From: the human T2T-CHM13v2.0 reference genome, Homo sapiens | Assembly (NCBI RefSeq): GCF_009914755.1 | Contig: NC_060931.1 | Direction: 5' to 3' (one strand) | Length of the DNA: 64,000 nucleotides | Part shown: positions 1-15,403 of the stretch, one piece after another | Layout of the letters: the number at the start of each line of letters is the position of its first letter | How positions within the stretch are numbered: position 1 is the stretch's first letter | The notes under the pieces: generated by a model | The model's input: only the letters and a program-made list of their open reading frames with translations | The model's database searches: none | Told to the model about the DNA's origin: nothing | Position numbers and translations under genes: made by a program

Positions 1-682
1 TTGCTTTGTAAAATGACTTCATTAAGCACTTACACTTTTAATTTGCTATAATGTACAAAAAAAATCAGTATATCTGACAAATGGAGAAAATTAAGCATTT
101 CTTTTCTGTTCTGGTATATTTATACATATGATTAATGTTTTAAATAATGCATATTCAGCATGGGTATTTCTCATAAAATAAATTGTCTGTGTCATGGCTG
201 TTACCCACCATCTTTTTTCCTTAATTCTACTTATTTCTTAAATATATTCATGAAAATATAGATTTCACGGCCTTAGGTTTCAATGATTTTGTGACTGCCC
301 TTTTCCCATGTTGTCTGTGGCTAAGTTGGGTAAGAGTGAAGTGTTTAAATGTCCCCTGATTCATTAAGATAAGATGTAAGATCTCTCTACTGACATTTAG
401 GATATACATAGAGCTTTCCTATGCCTTTCAAAGCTCCTCAAACTAATGAGAAACCAATGGAAACAAAGAAATAAAAATAGTTACAAAAAGAACAGTTCCT
501 GTTGTTGTTCCTTGGAGGTTGTCTCTTCACCTTCAAGGTTAAAATAGGAGACAGTTGTGAGAATAACTCCAGAAAATTAAAAGCAAACACATTGACAAAA
601 GAAGCTGGCTCACATAAACAGATAATGACCAGTGGTTGATGGTGTTTTATTGCACATTAAATTTTAAAAAGAAGGAGTAACC

Positions 683-1253
<571 letters not shown>

Positions 1254-1469
1254 TTACTGAAACATCTCTAAAGTTTGAGATGAACCTAACTGAAATAGGG
1301 GTTTACTAAAGGACACAAAAGACACTCCATCAGGACACCCACTGCAAGGTAGGTGGTTGTTTTCTGTGTTGCTTTGTTTTGTTTTTTCCATTTATAATTC
1401 GTTTTTAACTTTGAAGATGGGATACGTTTCTAGTTATTTATTTATTTTGACTTGTATTTCATTTTATTT

Positions 1470-1790
1470 AAATTTTTCCTAGCTTTAGTGAGGTATAATT
1501 GACACATAAAAATTCTATATATTCAAAATGTACTATGTAATGTTTTAATATACATACATATTGTGAATAATTACCAAAAACAAACTAACGAGCACATCTA
1601 TAAGTACACATAGTTACAACTGTGGGGTGTGTGTGTGAGTGCCTGTGTGTGTGTGTGTGTGTGTGTGGTAACACTTAAGATCTACTCCCTTACCAAATTT
1701 CAAGTAAACAACACGATATTATTAACTATATTCACAATAAACCCACGTGCACTGATGGTAGGAATGTAAATTGATACAGCCCTTATGAGG
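1470..1790 (-). mobile_element. L1MA 3' end fragment with internal (TG)n and short inverted ORF2 piece (~1739-1790, +)
   Basis: AACACTTAAGATCTACTC..CAAATTTCAAGT..TATTAACTATA motif of L1MA 3' UTR; CACTGATGGTAGGAATGTAAATT resembles plus-strand ORF2 end. Confidence 0.7.
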
Positions 1791-1914
1791 TGGTTGTTTT
1801 TACTCCTTTTTTGTGTTTGTGTATGAAATTCTTATTCAATGAAAGAAAAGAGTGTATGATTCATTTGAAAGAAAGCATGACTCCATTTGTCCTGTACAGC
1901 TGAATTTTTTTCCT

Positions 1915-2225
1915 TTTCCATTTTTATTTTGTTAAGTTCTGGGATACATGTGCAGAACGTGCAGATTTGTTGCACAGGTATACATGTGCCATGGTGGTTT
2001 GCTGCACCTATCAACCCGTCATCTAGGTTTTAATCCCCGAATGCATTAGGTATTTGTCCTAATGCTCTCCCTCCCCTTGCCCCCGGAACCCCCGACAGGT
2101 TCCAGTGTGTGATGTTCCCCTCCTTGTGTCCATGTGTTCTCATTTTTCAACCCCTGCTTATGAGTGACAACATGTGGGGTTTGGTTTTCTGTTCCTGTGT
2201 TAGTTTACTGAGAAGGATGGCTTCT
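1915..2225 (-). mobile_element. L1PA (PA7/8-like) 3' UTR, 5'-truncated
   Basis: GGGATACATGTGCAGAACGTGCAG..CATCTAGGTTTTAA..CATGTGTTCTCAT; possible degenerate TSD ACAGCTG at ~1896 and ~2227. Confidence 0.9.
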
Positions 2226-2520
2226 AACAGCTGGATATTTCTATAAGCCAATGAGGGCCCAAGGAAAAAGAAAAATGTTCTCTTAATGTATTGTAAACTT
2301 TTGCTTAGAAAAGCATCTCATACCATAAATTCTTCCATTTAACGTAATTGAAGAGTTAACGATGACTTTCTCAGAAAGCAAGCTTCTCTTTACTTCTTAG
2401 GCATGTATATTTCTATATTTCTATGAGACTATTGATGCCTACTTGAGAAAGCAACATCTAGTAAGTTCTCAGTGTTTGCTTACGAACTCTCTTTTTCTGT
2501 CAAACTTATTCATTTTCTGA

Positions 2521-2633
2521 GTGTCCTCTCCTCATTGCTTATTTTTGTTGATTTTGTTGAAGATCAGATGGTTGTAGGCATTAAAAACATACATCAGTAT
2601 AATAGCCATCTATGACAAACACACAGCCAACAT
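2521..2633. repeat. Displaced copy of the inversion junction of the adjacent L1
   Basis: Aligns to 3982-4086 including the minus/plus switch at TAGG. Confidence 0.85.
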
Positions 2634-2699
2634 GAAAGAGTTAATGATGAATCTTTTTTAGAAAGTAAGCTTCCATTTATTTCTAGGGGTGTATTTTTC

Positions 2700-5090
2700 T
2701 TTTTACCTTTTCTTTAATAATTTCAACTATTATTTTAGATTCAGGGGATACATGTGTAGGTTTGCTACATGGGTATATTGAGTGAAACTAAGGTGTGAGG
2801 TACAAATGATCCTGTCACCCAGGTAGTAAGCATAGTACCCAATAGGTAGTTTTTCAGCCCTTTCCCTTCTCCCACTCCTAGTAATACCCAGTGTCTATTG
2901 TTGTAATCTTTATGTCCCTGTGTACCCAATGTTTAGCTCTCACTTATAAATGAGAACATGACATATTTGGTTTTCTATTTCTGCATTAGTTCCCATAAAA
3001 TAATGGCGTCTGGCTGTATCCATGTTGCTGCAAAGGAGATGATTTTGTTCTTTTTTATGGCTGTACAGTATAGTGTGTATGCACACTTTCTTTATCAGTT
3101 CCACTGTTGATGGGCATTATTCCATGTCTTTGCTATTGTGAATAGTGTTGTGATAAACGTATGAATGCATGTGCCTTTTGGCAAAACAATTCCTTTTCCT
3201 TTGGGTATATAACCACCAATGGGTCAATGATAGTTCAACTCTTAGGTCACTGAGAAATCTCCAAACTACTTTCCACAGGGGGTGAACTAATTTACCTTCA
3301 AATTAACAATGTAGAAGTGTTTTCTCTGCAATCTTGCCAGTATCTGTTATTTTTTGACTTTTTAGTAACAGCGATTCTGCCTGGGGTGAGAAAATACGTA
3401 ACTATGGTTTAGATTTGCATTTCTCTGATGATTCGTGACGATAAGCATTTTTTTCATATGTTCATTGGCCCCTTGTATATCTTCTTTTGAGAAGTGTATG
3501 TTCTTGCCCTTTGACAAGAATGGAGTTATTTGGTTTTTGCTTGTTCAATTGTTATTTGTTTTATGGTGTTATTTGTTTTTTGTTTGTTCAATTGTTTAAG
3601 CTCCTTATAGATTCTGGATATTAGGCTTTTGTTGGATGTATAGTTTGTAAATATTCTTTTCCATTCTGTAGGTGTTTGTTTACTCTGTTGATAGTTTCTT
3701 TTGCTGTGTCAAAGTGCTTCACTTTAATTAGGTCACTCTTGTTAATTTTTTGTTGTTGTTGTTGCAGTTGCCTTTTAGGAATTATAAATTATTTGTCAAG
3801 GCCAATGTCTGAAATGATATTTCCTAGGCTTTCTTATAGGACTTTTTTAATAACATGAGGTCTTACATTTAAATGTTTAATTCAAGTTGAGTGAATTTTT
3901 GTATATGATGAAATGTAGGGGTCCAGTTTCATTCTTCTGCATATGGCTAGCCAATGATTCCAGCCTGATATATTGAATAGGGTGTCCTTTCCGCATTGCT
4001 TATTTTTGTTGACTTTGTTGAAGATCAGATGGCTTTAGGCATTAAAGGCACATACATCAAAATAATGACAAACACACAGCCAACATCATACTGAATGGAT
4101 AAAAGCTGGAGGCATTTCCCCTTAAGAACAAGAATAAGACAAGGATGTCTATTCTCACCATTTCTATTTAACACAGTCCTGGATGCCTTAGCTACAGCAA
4201 ACAGGGTAGAAAGAAATAAAACACATCCAAATCAGAGAAGAAGAAGTCAAGTTATCTCTCTTCACTAACAATATGGTTCTATATCTAGAAAACTCTAAAG
4301 AGTCCTCCAAAAGGCTCCCAGAACAGATAAATGACTTCAGTAAAGTTTCAGGATACAAAATTGTCAGACAAAAATTACTGGCACTTCCAATAATGTTCAA
4401 GCTGAGAGCCAAATCAAGAATGCAGTCCCATTTATAATAGCCACGAAAGGTTGAAATACCTAGGAATACATCTAACCAAGGAGGTTAAAAATCTTTACAA
4501 GAATTACAAAACATGTAAAAGAAAACATAGGTAATATAAGCAAGTAGAAAAACATTACACATGCATGGATTGAAAGAATATTGTTAAAATGACCATACTG
4601 CCTAAAGCATTCTACAGATTCAATGCTATTCCTATAAACTACCAATGTCACTTTTCACAAAATTAAAATATATATATAGTGTATATATATACATATATAT
4701 GTATATATATAGTGTATATATATATGTATATATAGTGTATATATATACATATATGTACATATATACGTATATATACATATATACGTATATATGTACATAT
4801 ATATGTATATATACGTATATATGTACATATATATGTATATATATAGTGTATATATATACATATATATATATGTATATATATAATTCATACAGAACCATAA
4901 AAGGGCCCAAATAGCCAAACAAATCCACAAATCCAGGCAGAGCAAAAGGAACAAAGCCAGGGGCATCATATTTCCAGTTTTCAAACTATATTATAAGGCT
5001 ACAGTGACCAAAATTGCATGTTAATGGTACAAAAACAGATACACGAACCAAAGGAACAGAATAGAGAACCCAGAAACAAAGCTGCACACC
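2700..5090 (-). mobile_element. Old L1PA (PA13-16-like) with 5' inversion: 2700-4039 minus, 4036-5090 plus
   Basis: 3' UTR motif GATCCTGTCACCCAGGTAGTAAGCATAGTACCCAATAGG; minus arm ends ..GATCAGATGGCTTTAGG, plus arm ends ..GCTGCACACC, which are adjacent positions in L1 ORF2. Confidence 0.9.
4668..4882. repeat. Compound (TA)n/(TG)/(CA) microsatellite inside L1
   Basis: Directly visible; exact 30-bp higher-order duplication at 4781-4810/4811-4840. Confidence 0.97.
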
Positions 5091-5599
5091 TCACATCCTG
5101 TTTTCACTTGTAAGCCTGGGTGTGTCTCCAGATTTTTCTGGGTAAGAATGTGTTCTGGGCATAGCACATGGTTGAGGTCAAAAACTCCTGACTCAGACAG
5201 ACTAACACAATGGAGTTGCATTGGCTATGGAGACTGGAAGTGAATGTAATATTTTTTGATGCTACCAGACAGCCAAGACTGATAGTGATGCTGTCTTCAA
5301 TAAAAAAATAGCAAAGCACAGGGCAGGGGCATGGCTGAATTTTGATACTAGTAGATTAGATATGTGAGTGAAAAAACACCTTATGTTCAGGAAACCACAA
5401 GTAATATTTTCTGGAATCACATTAATTGTTCACTAATTTCAGAAGTGGGAAAGTACGTAAATTTGGATAAATATAAGATACTTGTCTAATTCTAGGAAAG
5501 GAAGAATTGTCAAAATATTTTAAAATAATGGAGTGATAATCAGTGTATTTTAGGAATAATGCAAAATTAATAATGAAATTGGATAAATAAGAAAACAGT

Positions 5600-5915
5600 A
5601 AAACAGAATAGATACTTGAGATTGGATAGGAAAGAGAAGAAAGATTTGAGATTGAATGCAAGTTTTTGGCTTGAAAACATGATTTACTGTGAAACCATAT
5701 ACCATTAACTGACAAAGAAATATAGAAAGTCAACCATGGTATTGATTTTTTCTATGAAGAAGACAGAATTTGGAAAAGAAAATGAAGTATTTTGTAATAG
5801 GCTAAATTTAATTAGTCATGAGACTTACATGAAATTTAAGACATGCAAAGATGTCCAAATGGCAGTTATATCTTTATATCTATGGAGAGAGTTAGGGATT
5901 AGATAATTAATTTTC
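5600..5915 (-). mobile_element. L2 fragment
   Basis: GATGTCCAAATGGCAGTT..GGAGAGAGTTAGGG resembles L2 antisense core. Confidence 0.45.
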
Positions 5916-7011
5916 AACTACTTTATAAGGGCTCGTTGAACTTGCCCATGTGAAGCCCTACTGAAACACACACAAAAAAACAATATGGGTTTTGATTTAT
6001 CTATGTTCTTAGTTTTCAAACCAGAAACTGATAATAATAAATAGATAAAAATTTTCATAGGTAATATTACAAATATAATTTACATTTATACTCATTTGCA
6101 TGTTGAACTTAAATTAATCTGTGATTTCATGAATTCGGAACTGATATTATCTCTAGTCATCTCTATGGAGAGGAGCAAATCCTTGGATAAAAATGCATCA
6201 CTTTATAGTTGTTTCCTTTCAGCAGAGTGAGTACCCATTGCAGTTGTGTTTAACACCTTAACTTATAGTTAATACTCATGTTTTCTCTTCCACAGATTCA
6301 TGTAAAAAACGTCCACAAATATTCTAGCTAGGATGACTCAAGAGGACAAGCTTGGTCCAGGGATGAAAAACCATTCCATCTGAATGCTAGCTTTTCACAT
6401 AGCTCTTCTAAGATCTCTATCCCTGAAAGACAAACAAGCCTACCACAGCATGTTTTAACTTCTTAAATATTCTACATTCCTCTACTTTTCAGAATTCTAG
6501 ATTCTGCCAAGTAGAAATGAGTGGGGTAGTTTAGCTAACAAAAAATCTACTATCTAGGTATTTACTCTTTTGTTTAGGATGAACAGATGTATAATTCAGG
6601 TGAAAGTGAGAGGATTATAACAAAATAAAACATTTGTGAACTCAGTAAATCATAAGCATATCTCCTTTCTCTTTAAAAAGGTTTTAGATAAGTAAAACTG
6701 AAAAAAGGTATTCCTCCATATTTTTCTTGTTATTCCTTTTAATTTTTACAAATTTTATTTATTAAAATCTTTAAATATATAGTACAATAGAAAAAGTAGC
6801 ATTCATCATATTGAAATAAAATGCATAAAATTTTTTGATATCAAGGCAGCTAATAAACTTAGTAGGAAAACAATTTAGATACTAACTGTATCAGTTAAGT
6901 ATTGCTAATAATTGCCAAATCACAAAACATGTTCAAACTAAATACCTGAAAGCAACATTTGTTTCTGCTCACATATCTCCAAGATCGCTGTGGTTCAGTT
7001 GGTTAAAGTAG

Positions 7012-7178
7012 GAGAGAAGGATGGAACTGTTTCTCCTTTACAGCCCTCAGAAGGAACCAATCTTGCCACCACTTTGATTTCAGAATTCCAGACACCGGAA
7101 TTGTAAGAACGTAAATATCTATCATTTAAGTCACCCAGTTTATGGCATTGTGTTACCGCAGCCCCAGAAAACTAATAC
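7012..7178 (+). mobile_element. MLT1 (B/C/D-like) LTR 3' half, within an older MLT1 remnant (~6890-7280)
   Basis: AGCCCTCAGAAGGAACCAA..TTTGATTTCAGA..GCAGCCCCAGAAAACTAATACA terminus. Confidence 0.8.
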
Positions 7179-10100
7179 ACATGGTCGAACAAAAAGTCAA
7201 GAGGCAAGCTATGATGAACTGTAGGGAAAAGTATGGAAGCATGAAAGGGTGAAGTATTGGGGCCAATAATCGAATCTACTACATTCCCAAAATTATTTTA
7301 AATAGATCTCACCCACTACACTGCTGAGTCCAAACAAAATAGGGAATGAGAAACCCAAACTAAAATTCGTCACTCCTGAGAAGCATCAGCATCCTAACCT
7401 AAGCTGTAAGAAATGTTCTTGTATGTTTAATTCAACTTCATAAATGAAAATTTTAAAATATTGTAAAACATTTCTTTAAAGTATAGAAACCATTTCTTTT
7501 AACTATACTTAGCATATACAAGGGGGAAAAAGGGAATCACTCAAATAAGAGCATTTTCAGGTCATTTTAAAAAGGGAGCTAGCATTATTCAGAAAATTAC
7601 AAAAACAATTCTGAAAATACTTATCTGAGTGAATAGTATGTACGTTAGGCAAACTTAACCAATGAGTTCAATAAAAGTAGAAAATCTATTAAAAACCTAC
7701 TATAAATCACAACTTGTTATGGATGTTACAGAAATTTCTTTAGAAAATTTCTTTCCAGCTACTTTGTCTATTAAGCTATTCCATCAATATTTATTTCATT
7801 CTCTCTGGATATAAACTGCATAATGCCTAGTGTGGATACTAAGAAGAAAAAAAATGCTTACTTCATACTCTATGCATTTAAGAAACTTCACTCTTGAATA
7901 TATACATATGTGTGTGTATGTGTGTGAGTGTGTGTAAAATGAATACCTATAAGTAAAGAATTCTTTATCATAAAGATATTTTTCCGTGTATAATAAAAAT
8001 ATTTAAACAACCAGCAGTAAAGTTTTTTTTATCACAGACTACAAACAGCAAAACTAATAGCTAGAGACCATTATGAACACTTTTCAAATTCAGGCATAGA
8101 AAGATTTGCCATGAAAGTATAAACCTTAGATTTCGGACTTGGCGGTTACATCAGCCCCTCCCAAGGCCCCAGGAAGGCCCATGTCAATGTGATTACATGA
8201 TTATATGCATTTATAAGATTTCAAAACTAAAAAATGAATGACAATAACAAAATATTTAGCCATGATAATGTAAAACCACTCTCCCTTTGCACTTTGAATG
8301 TCTTGCTACCATCTTTCCCGGCTTGAAGAATGGCTTTGGAGTGTTCATGGGCATTTTGGAAGACGAAAGCCAAAGGAAAGTTGAGTTGAGACATGTTTCT
8401 GTTGGATTTACTTGGCCGTACAGATGAATTGTTGCTGTTTTTCGGCCATTGACTTTCATCTCTAATTTTGTATTTCTATTGTATAAATTTCAACATGAAC
8501 AGCTTAGAGTTTCAACATTTTTTTCTAACTGGCTTACTAAAAATATCAGACTATCTGAGAAATTGTTGCTAATCAAGAAGAAAGAGAGGCTTGTTATTTC
8601 CTCTGTTTCTCTTACTGAAATAGATGATATAATCCTTTGAACCACTGAAAATTTTTTCTCATTTTTCTATCACACTGTTTGGACAACTATTGAAGCCAAC
8701 TAAAAGCAGAGAGTGTCTTGAAATTAATTAACCTGTTTTCCTTCCAGTTAGCCCATTTATACAATGATTTTCTTTAACACATGCCTTTATAAGCATGGTA
8801 TTTTGTATAGAAGGCAACTTTAATCCATACCCTAGGGGTACTCATTATTTGAAGACCCTTTGAAATCCACAGCCCAAGCATTATTATATTGAACTTTTCA
8901 AACATTGTTGTTGTGTATACCAGAGTAGTTTCATTTTCCTGTTTGTTCTTTGTTTTGTTTTTCTTATACAAATGATAAAAATAATTTCTTTAGCAAAATG
9001 AGAGGTGTTCAAAAGCTTTGACTACCCATAGAGACTGTACAGATACCACGACCTTTGCATCAAGGTATAAAATTTCAACAAGCCCAGAAGCATCAGAGAA
9101 GTACTTAAATTATCGAATCAAATTATCTTGTCCCCTACATCGCTACCTGGTCCAATGCATCTCATTTTGTGAAAGACTTTCCTGGTCCATTTTGGCTGAT
9201 TCTGCCCTCAGAAGATCACAGCATCAACATTAGGGTGCAGCTCTCTGAGGTCTCTGAAAGGAGACCGGGTAATTCACCAAAGTTACAAAAACTGGTTTAT
9301 GAATGAGTGCGTACTACTAATAAACATTTTATAGAACATTGTTACTTTGTACCACCTGATAGCAAAGTGTTATGAGAGGGCAAGCCAGGAGATGCATATC
9401 ATTCACTGACCTTTAGCTGTATGAAGCTACTGACATTTGCTATTTCTTAAAAAATGTGTTTCAATTTTCATATAGCCCATTACACAGTTACTTCAAAGGC
9501 AGTCAAGAAGGTGAATGTGTATGTATGAGAGAGAGAAGGACAGAAAGACAGAGAGAGGTGAACTTAGTTTGTTTAATTTTTTACAAAGGAGTGGAGCAGG
9601 GGAGGGAATTAATTATGTTGTTCTACTTCTGCCTTCTCAATTGCAATTTTCTTTCTCAACAAACTTAGTAAATAAGAGCAACAATTTCTCTTTTATTATG
9701 TGTTCTGTATTGTCAGTGATAGTGGAAATGCTTTTAAATGAATTTTATTTCTATAAGACCTAATACAATGAATGCCTGGTTCATAATAAACACTCAATAA
9801 ATGTTGTATCAAAAGTGAATGAATGAAATCACACTTTTTAGCTTGGCAAAATTTATAACATCACTTATTTTTCCCCAATTATCTCTTATCTAAGTAACTT
9901 TCCATTTTAGGAAAAAACTACAAATAATATTACCATTATACTATTTTAAGACTAACAGAACACCATGTTTAAGCTTTATGCCTCATTTTTTCATCTTAAA
10001 GACAAAGCTAATAAGTGTGTTATACATGGATTATATGCATGTAAAGAGCATCAATTTGTGACAACACATATATGCATTCAATACATCTTATCAACTAAAA

Positions 10101-11306
10101 TCACTTTTTGTATAAATATGGGATATATGCTCAAATATAATGGTAAAGTTGTAGTTTAAGGCTGATTTGTTTCATAGTTATTCCAATCTCTTATTTATTT
10201 AAGTGTACTGCCAAATTTTCTGTCATGTAAAGCTATGCCATGAATATAAAAATATTTAAGCCTACTAATTTATACAATCAGAATAACATAATTTACATTC
10301 TTGATTTTATAGCCATATACTCAAATTAGTAATCTATAAGCTGAGGATATTCTTTAATCCCCAGTGTCTGCAGAACATTTACAAAATTGTATTACTTTGC
10401 AGACCACAAAGAAATTCTAAAGAAATTTTAAAAGTAGAAATTGTAGAGGTCACACTCTACAACCACCAGTCTATAATACTAAAAATTAACATCTTAAAAT
10501 TTAAAAAAATGGATAATACAGAACATTTCCTTGAATATTGGGTTTAAAAGGAAATGAAATTGCAATTATAGTCCATTTAGAAAATAATTACAACAAAAAC
10601 ACTATATTTTATGGTGTTCAGCCAATATTGTACTTAGTACAAAATGTGTTATACCTTGAATATTCACAGTTATGCTATGATTACTGGAGTGATTGACTCA
10701 AGATATCAGAGAAATAGTGCCAAAGAAAACAAAAGAGCAAAAAGTAGGAATTAAAACTCTATTAGAAAGTAATCAAATAAGAAACATGGAAGCTTAACTA
10801 TTTTTTATAAAGAAATTTAAGATTTACTTAGAAGATACTAATATCATCCACATGTACCTAGTAAATGTAGTCAAGTCAAAAAGAAAACTGCAAAGAGATA
10901 ATATTGGAAATAAGAAAAGTGTTTTTAAATGAAAAACAATTGAAAAAGAAGAGATAAACAAGAATTTTTAGAAGATACTTAAAATATGAGGTAATCAACT
11001 TCAAGCCTATATGCTAATATATTTAAAAACCTAGAAAAAATAGATGATTTCATGTTAAATATAAATGAAAAAACTGACCTATGAATTGAAATACCTGAAT
11101 ACCCTCATAAATGCAGAAGACCTTGAAAACTGCATCAGAGTACAGCCTCCAAAAAAATGTGTTTTCTTTCAAAAGTCAAAGAACCAAATAACTTTTATTA
11201 TACTTAAGCATTCCAAAGCCTAGAAAAATATGTATTTTTTAAATTAACATTTTATACTAGCGTAACAATAAAATTAACATAAAATAGTTCAACATGAAAA
11301 TTATAG

Positions 11307-12615
<1,309 letters not shown>

Positions 12616-12993
12616 AAAATTATAGCCAATTTCATTTAAAATAAAGAAACAAAAATTAAAAATAACACACTGTCATAAATTAATGTAAGACTATACTAAA
12701 ATCACATTTCATTATACATTGGGGTTACTTTTAAAGTGTGAAGCTTGTTTAATGATTAAATATCTTAAATTAGTTTATTATGTGAAAATATTTTGTTGAT
12801 AACAATAAGGATAATTATCTAATAATATAAAAATTCTAAAATTTTCAACAATTTCTAAGTATAATTTTTTAGAAACTAGAAAGAATGAATAGCTTCTTAA
12901 AATGCTGTTTTAAATTGTCTATTAGAATTCAGTGGACAACATTTGTCATAATAATAACCTAGAAGGACTCATGTTAATTTTAGAAACACAAAT

Positions 12994-14149
12994 TGCTAAT
13001 GGTGAGAATACATTCTGAGCAATGCATCATTAGGCAATTTTGTCACTCTGAGAAAGTTACAGAGTGTACTTACACAAACCTAGATTGTATAGCCTAGGCT
13101 AGATGGTACAGCCTACAGCTTCTAGGGTAAAAACCTGTACAACATGTCACTGTGCTCAATTATGTAGGCAATTATAACACAATGATCAGTTTTGTGTGTG
13201 TCTAAATATGGAAAAGACACACTCAAAATATAGTATAAAAGATAAAAAATGGTACACCTGTACAGGGCATTCACCATGAATAGAGTTTGCAGGACTGGAA
13301 GTTGCTCGGGGTGAGTCAGTGAGTGGTGAATGAATGTGAAAGCCTGTACACTGCTATAGAATTTATCACTGTACAATTAGGATACACCAAGTATATAAAA
13401 AATATTTTTCTTTTTTCAATCATAAATTAATCTTAGTTTACTATAACTACTTTATAAACTTTTTTTAACTTTTTGACTCTATTGTAATAACACTTGGTTT
13501 AAAACACAAACTCATTTCACAGATGTACAAAAATATTTTCTGTCTTAATATGCTTATTCTATAAGTTTTTTCTTCTTTTTTTACTTTAAACTTTTTAATT
13601 AAAAACTAAGACACTAATACACACATTAGCCTAGGTCTGCACAGGGTCAGGATCATCAATATCACTGTTATCCACCTCCGCATCTTGTCCCACTACAAGG
13701 TCATCAGGGGCAATAACACACATGGAGCTGTCATCTATGATAACAATTCCTTCTTCTGGAACACCTCCTGAAGAACCTGCCTAAGCCTATTCTACCATTA
13801 ATTTTCTTTTAAGATGAGTTTTAAAAGTATGCTCTAAAATCACAATTAAAAGTATAGTGTACTAAATACATAAGCCAGTTACAGTCTTTTATTATCATTA
13901 TCAAGTACTACATGCTGCACATCAATTGTATGTGTTGTACTTTTATACCACTGGCAACACAGTGGGTTTGTTTACACCAGCATCACCACAGACATGTGAG
14001 TAACATGTGGCACTACGATGTTATGATGGTTATAATGCCATGATGCCACTAAGTGATAGAAATTTTTCACCTCCATTATAATCTTATGGTATCACCACTG
14101 TATTTGTGATCCACTGGTGACCAAAATGTTGTTATACAGCACATGACTG
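12994..14149 (+). mobile_element. Tigger3b (TcMar-Tigger non-autonomous DNA transposon)
   Basis: AGAGTGTACTTACACAAACCTAGAT..; right TIR ..GTTATACAGCACATGACTG; left TIR eroded; ~1.15 kb. Confidence 0.88.
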
Positions 14150-14999
14150 CATACTAACTGTGGTGTCATTTAATATACTGTGTGTTCTGGAAAGGACAAT
14201 ACTTCAGAAGATAATACAAATTGCAACGTGTAATAATTGAAAAAATAGTGTCAAGATCATAGTTTCTTGGATTTGATATGATTGAAGACTACATAAACAT
14301 TGTAATAACTCTTAGAATTTATAAATATTAACATTTACTAAGAAGGCTGATTAAAATAACATAAGAATATAAGAATCCTTATTGGAATACTTAGGATAAT
14401 TAGTTTGTAATATAAACTGCTGTGTACATTCTCAACCCTGTATTAAAAGACATTAAAATAATTAGAAATAAAATTTGCCAGATATTTGTGGTATAAAAAG
14501 AGATATCTAAAAATCTGACTGAAACACATAAAAGACATTTGGCTCATTGAAGAGATCTACTATGTTACTTGATAGTGCAAACTATGTATATTGTCCCTCT
14601 ATTAAGCTATAAATGGATATCAATTTTAATTAAAATTCAATTTTGGTGAGTTTAAGAGGCATACATTGATATTTAAATTTCCCATGGGAAAGTAAATGTT
14701 CTAAAATAACCATCAGCATTTTAAAGAGAAAAAAAGGTTGGCACTGGCTATAAATATTTAATAAGTAAAGTCAAAAGAACTGTCAGATTAATCTATAAGC
14801 AGAACTGTCATCTATAAAAGAACTGTCAGATCTATAAGCAGAAAAATTTGGTGAATTTTATGTGGGAAAGCCTACATCCATCTTTTTCAAATATGTATAT
14901 AATGTATATTTATATTATATATTATATATATATTTAAGAGTGTAGGTGCTAAATAAAAATTTGCTGAATGAATGAATGAACAAAATCAGGTTTTAAGAC

Positions 15000-15150
15000 A
15001 ACAGTAGCCCTGGCTGACACCTTGATGGCAGCCTTGTGAGATGCTCATAGCTTGAGGACCTAGCTAACCTATGCCTGAACTCCTTGCCCACAGAAACTGA
15101 GACAATGTTGGTGGCTTTTAAGTTGCTATGTTTTGGTGTATTTTTTATAC
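15000..15150 (+). mobile_element. MLT1E/F-like LTR 3' fragment
   Basis: GCCCTGGCTGACACCTTGATGGCAGCCTTGTGAGA..CCCACAGAAACTG. Confidence 0.7.
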
Positions 15151-15403
15151 ATAAATAGATAAATAATACTCATGGAAAGATGCAAGAATTAAAACAAGTT
15201 GAAGACAATATGTGAGAACATTTGTCTTACCTTTCCCAATTGAAGGACTTCTAAACATGATGATAACTAAAGAAAATACAAAGACTGAAGATTTTATGGC
15301 ATAAACATACCCAATATACAGTCTGTAAAAATATACAAATATGTAACAACCATTTGGGAAATGGCTTATGGTAAATACAACAGGAAGATGTTCAATATTC
15401 TTA

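Noticed and set aside
4632-4984. Tyr/Ile-rich ORFs on both strands
   Set aside because: Translations of the TA-rich microsatellite
8256-8475. Two overlapping open frames on the minus strand in unique DNA
   Set aside because: No recognisable homology or convincing splice sites; length expected by chance
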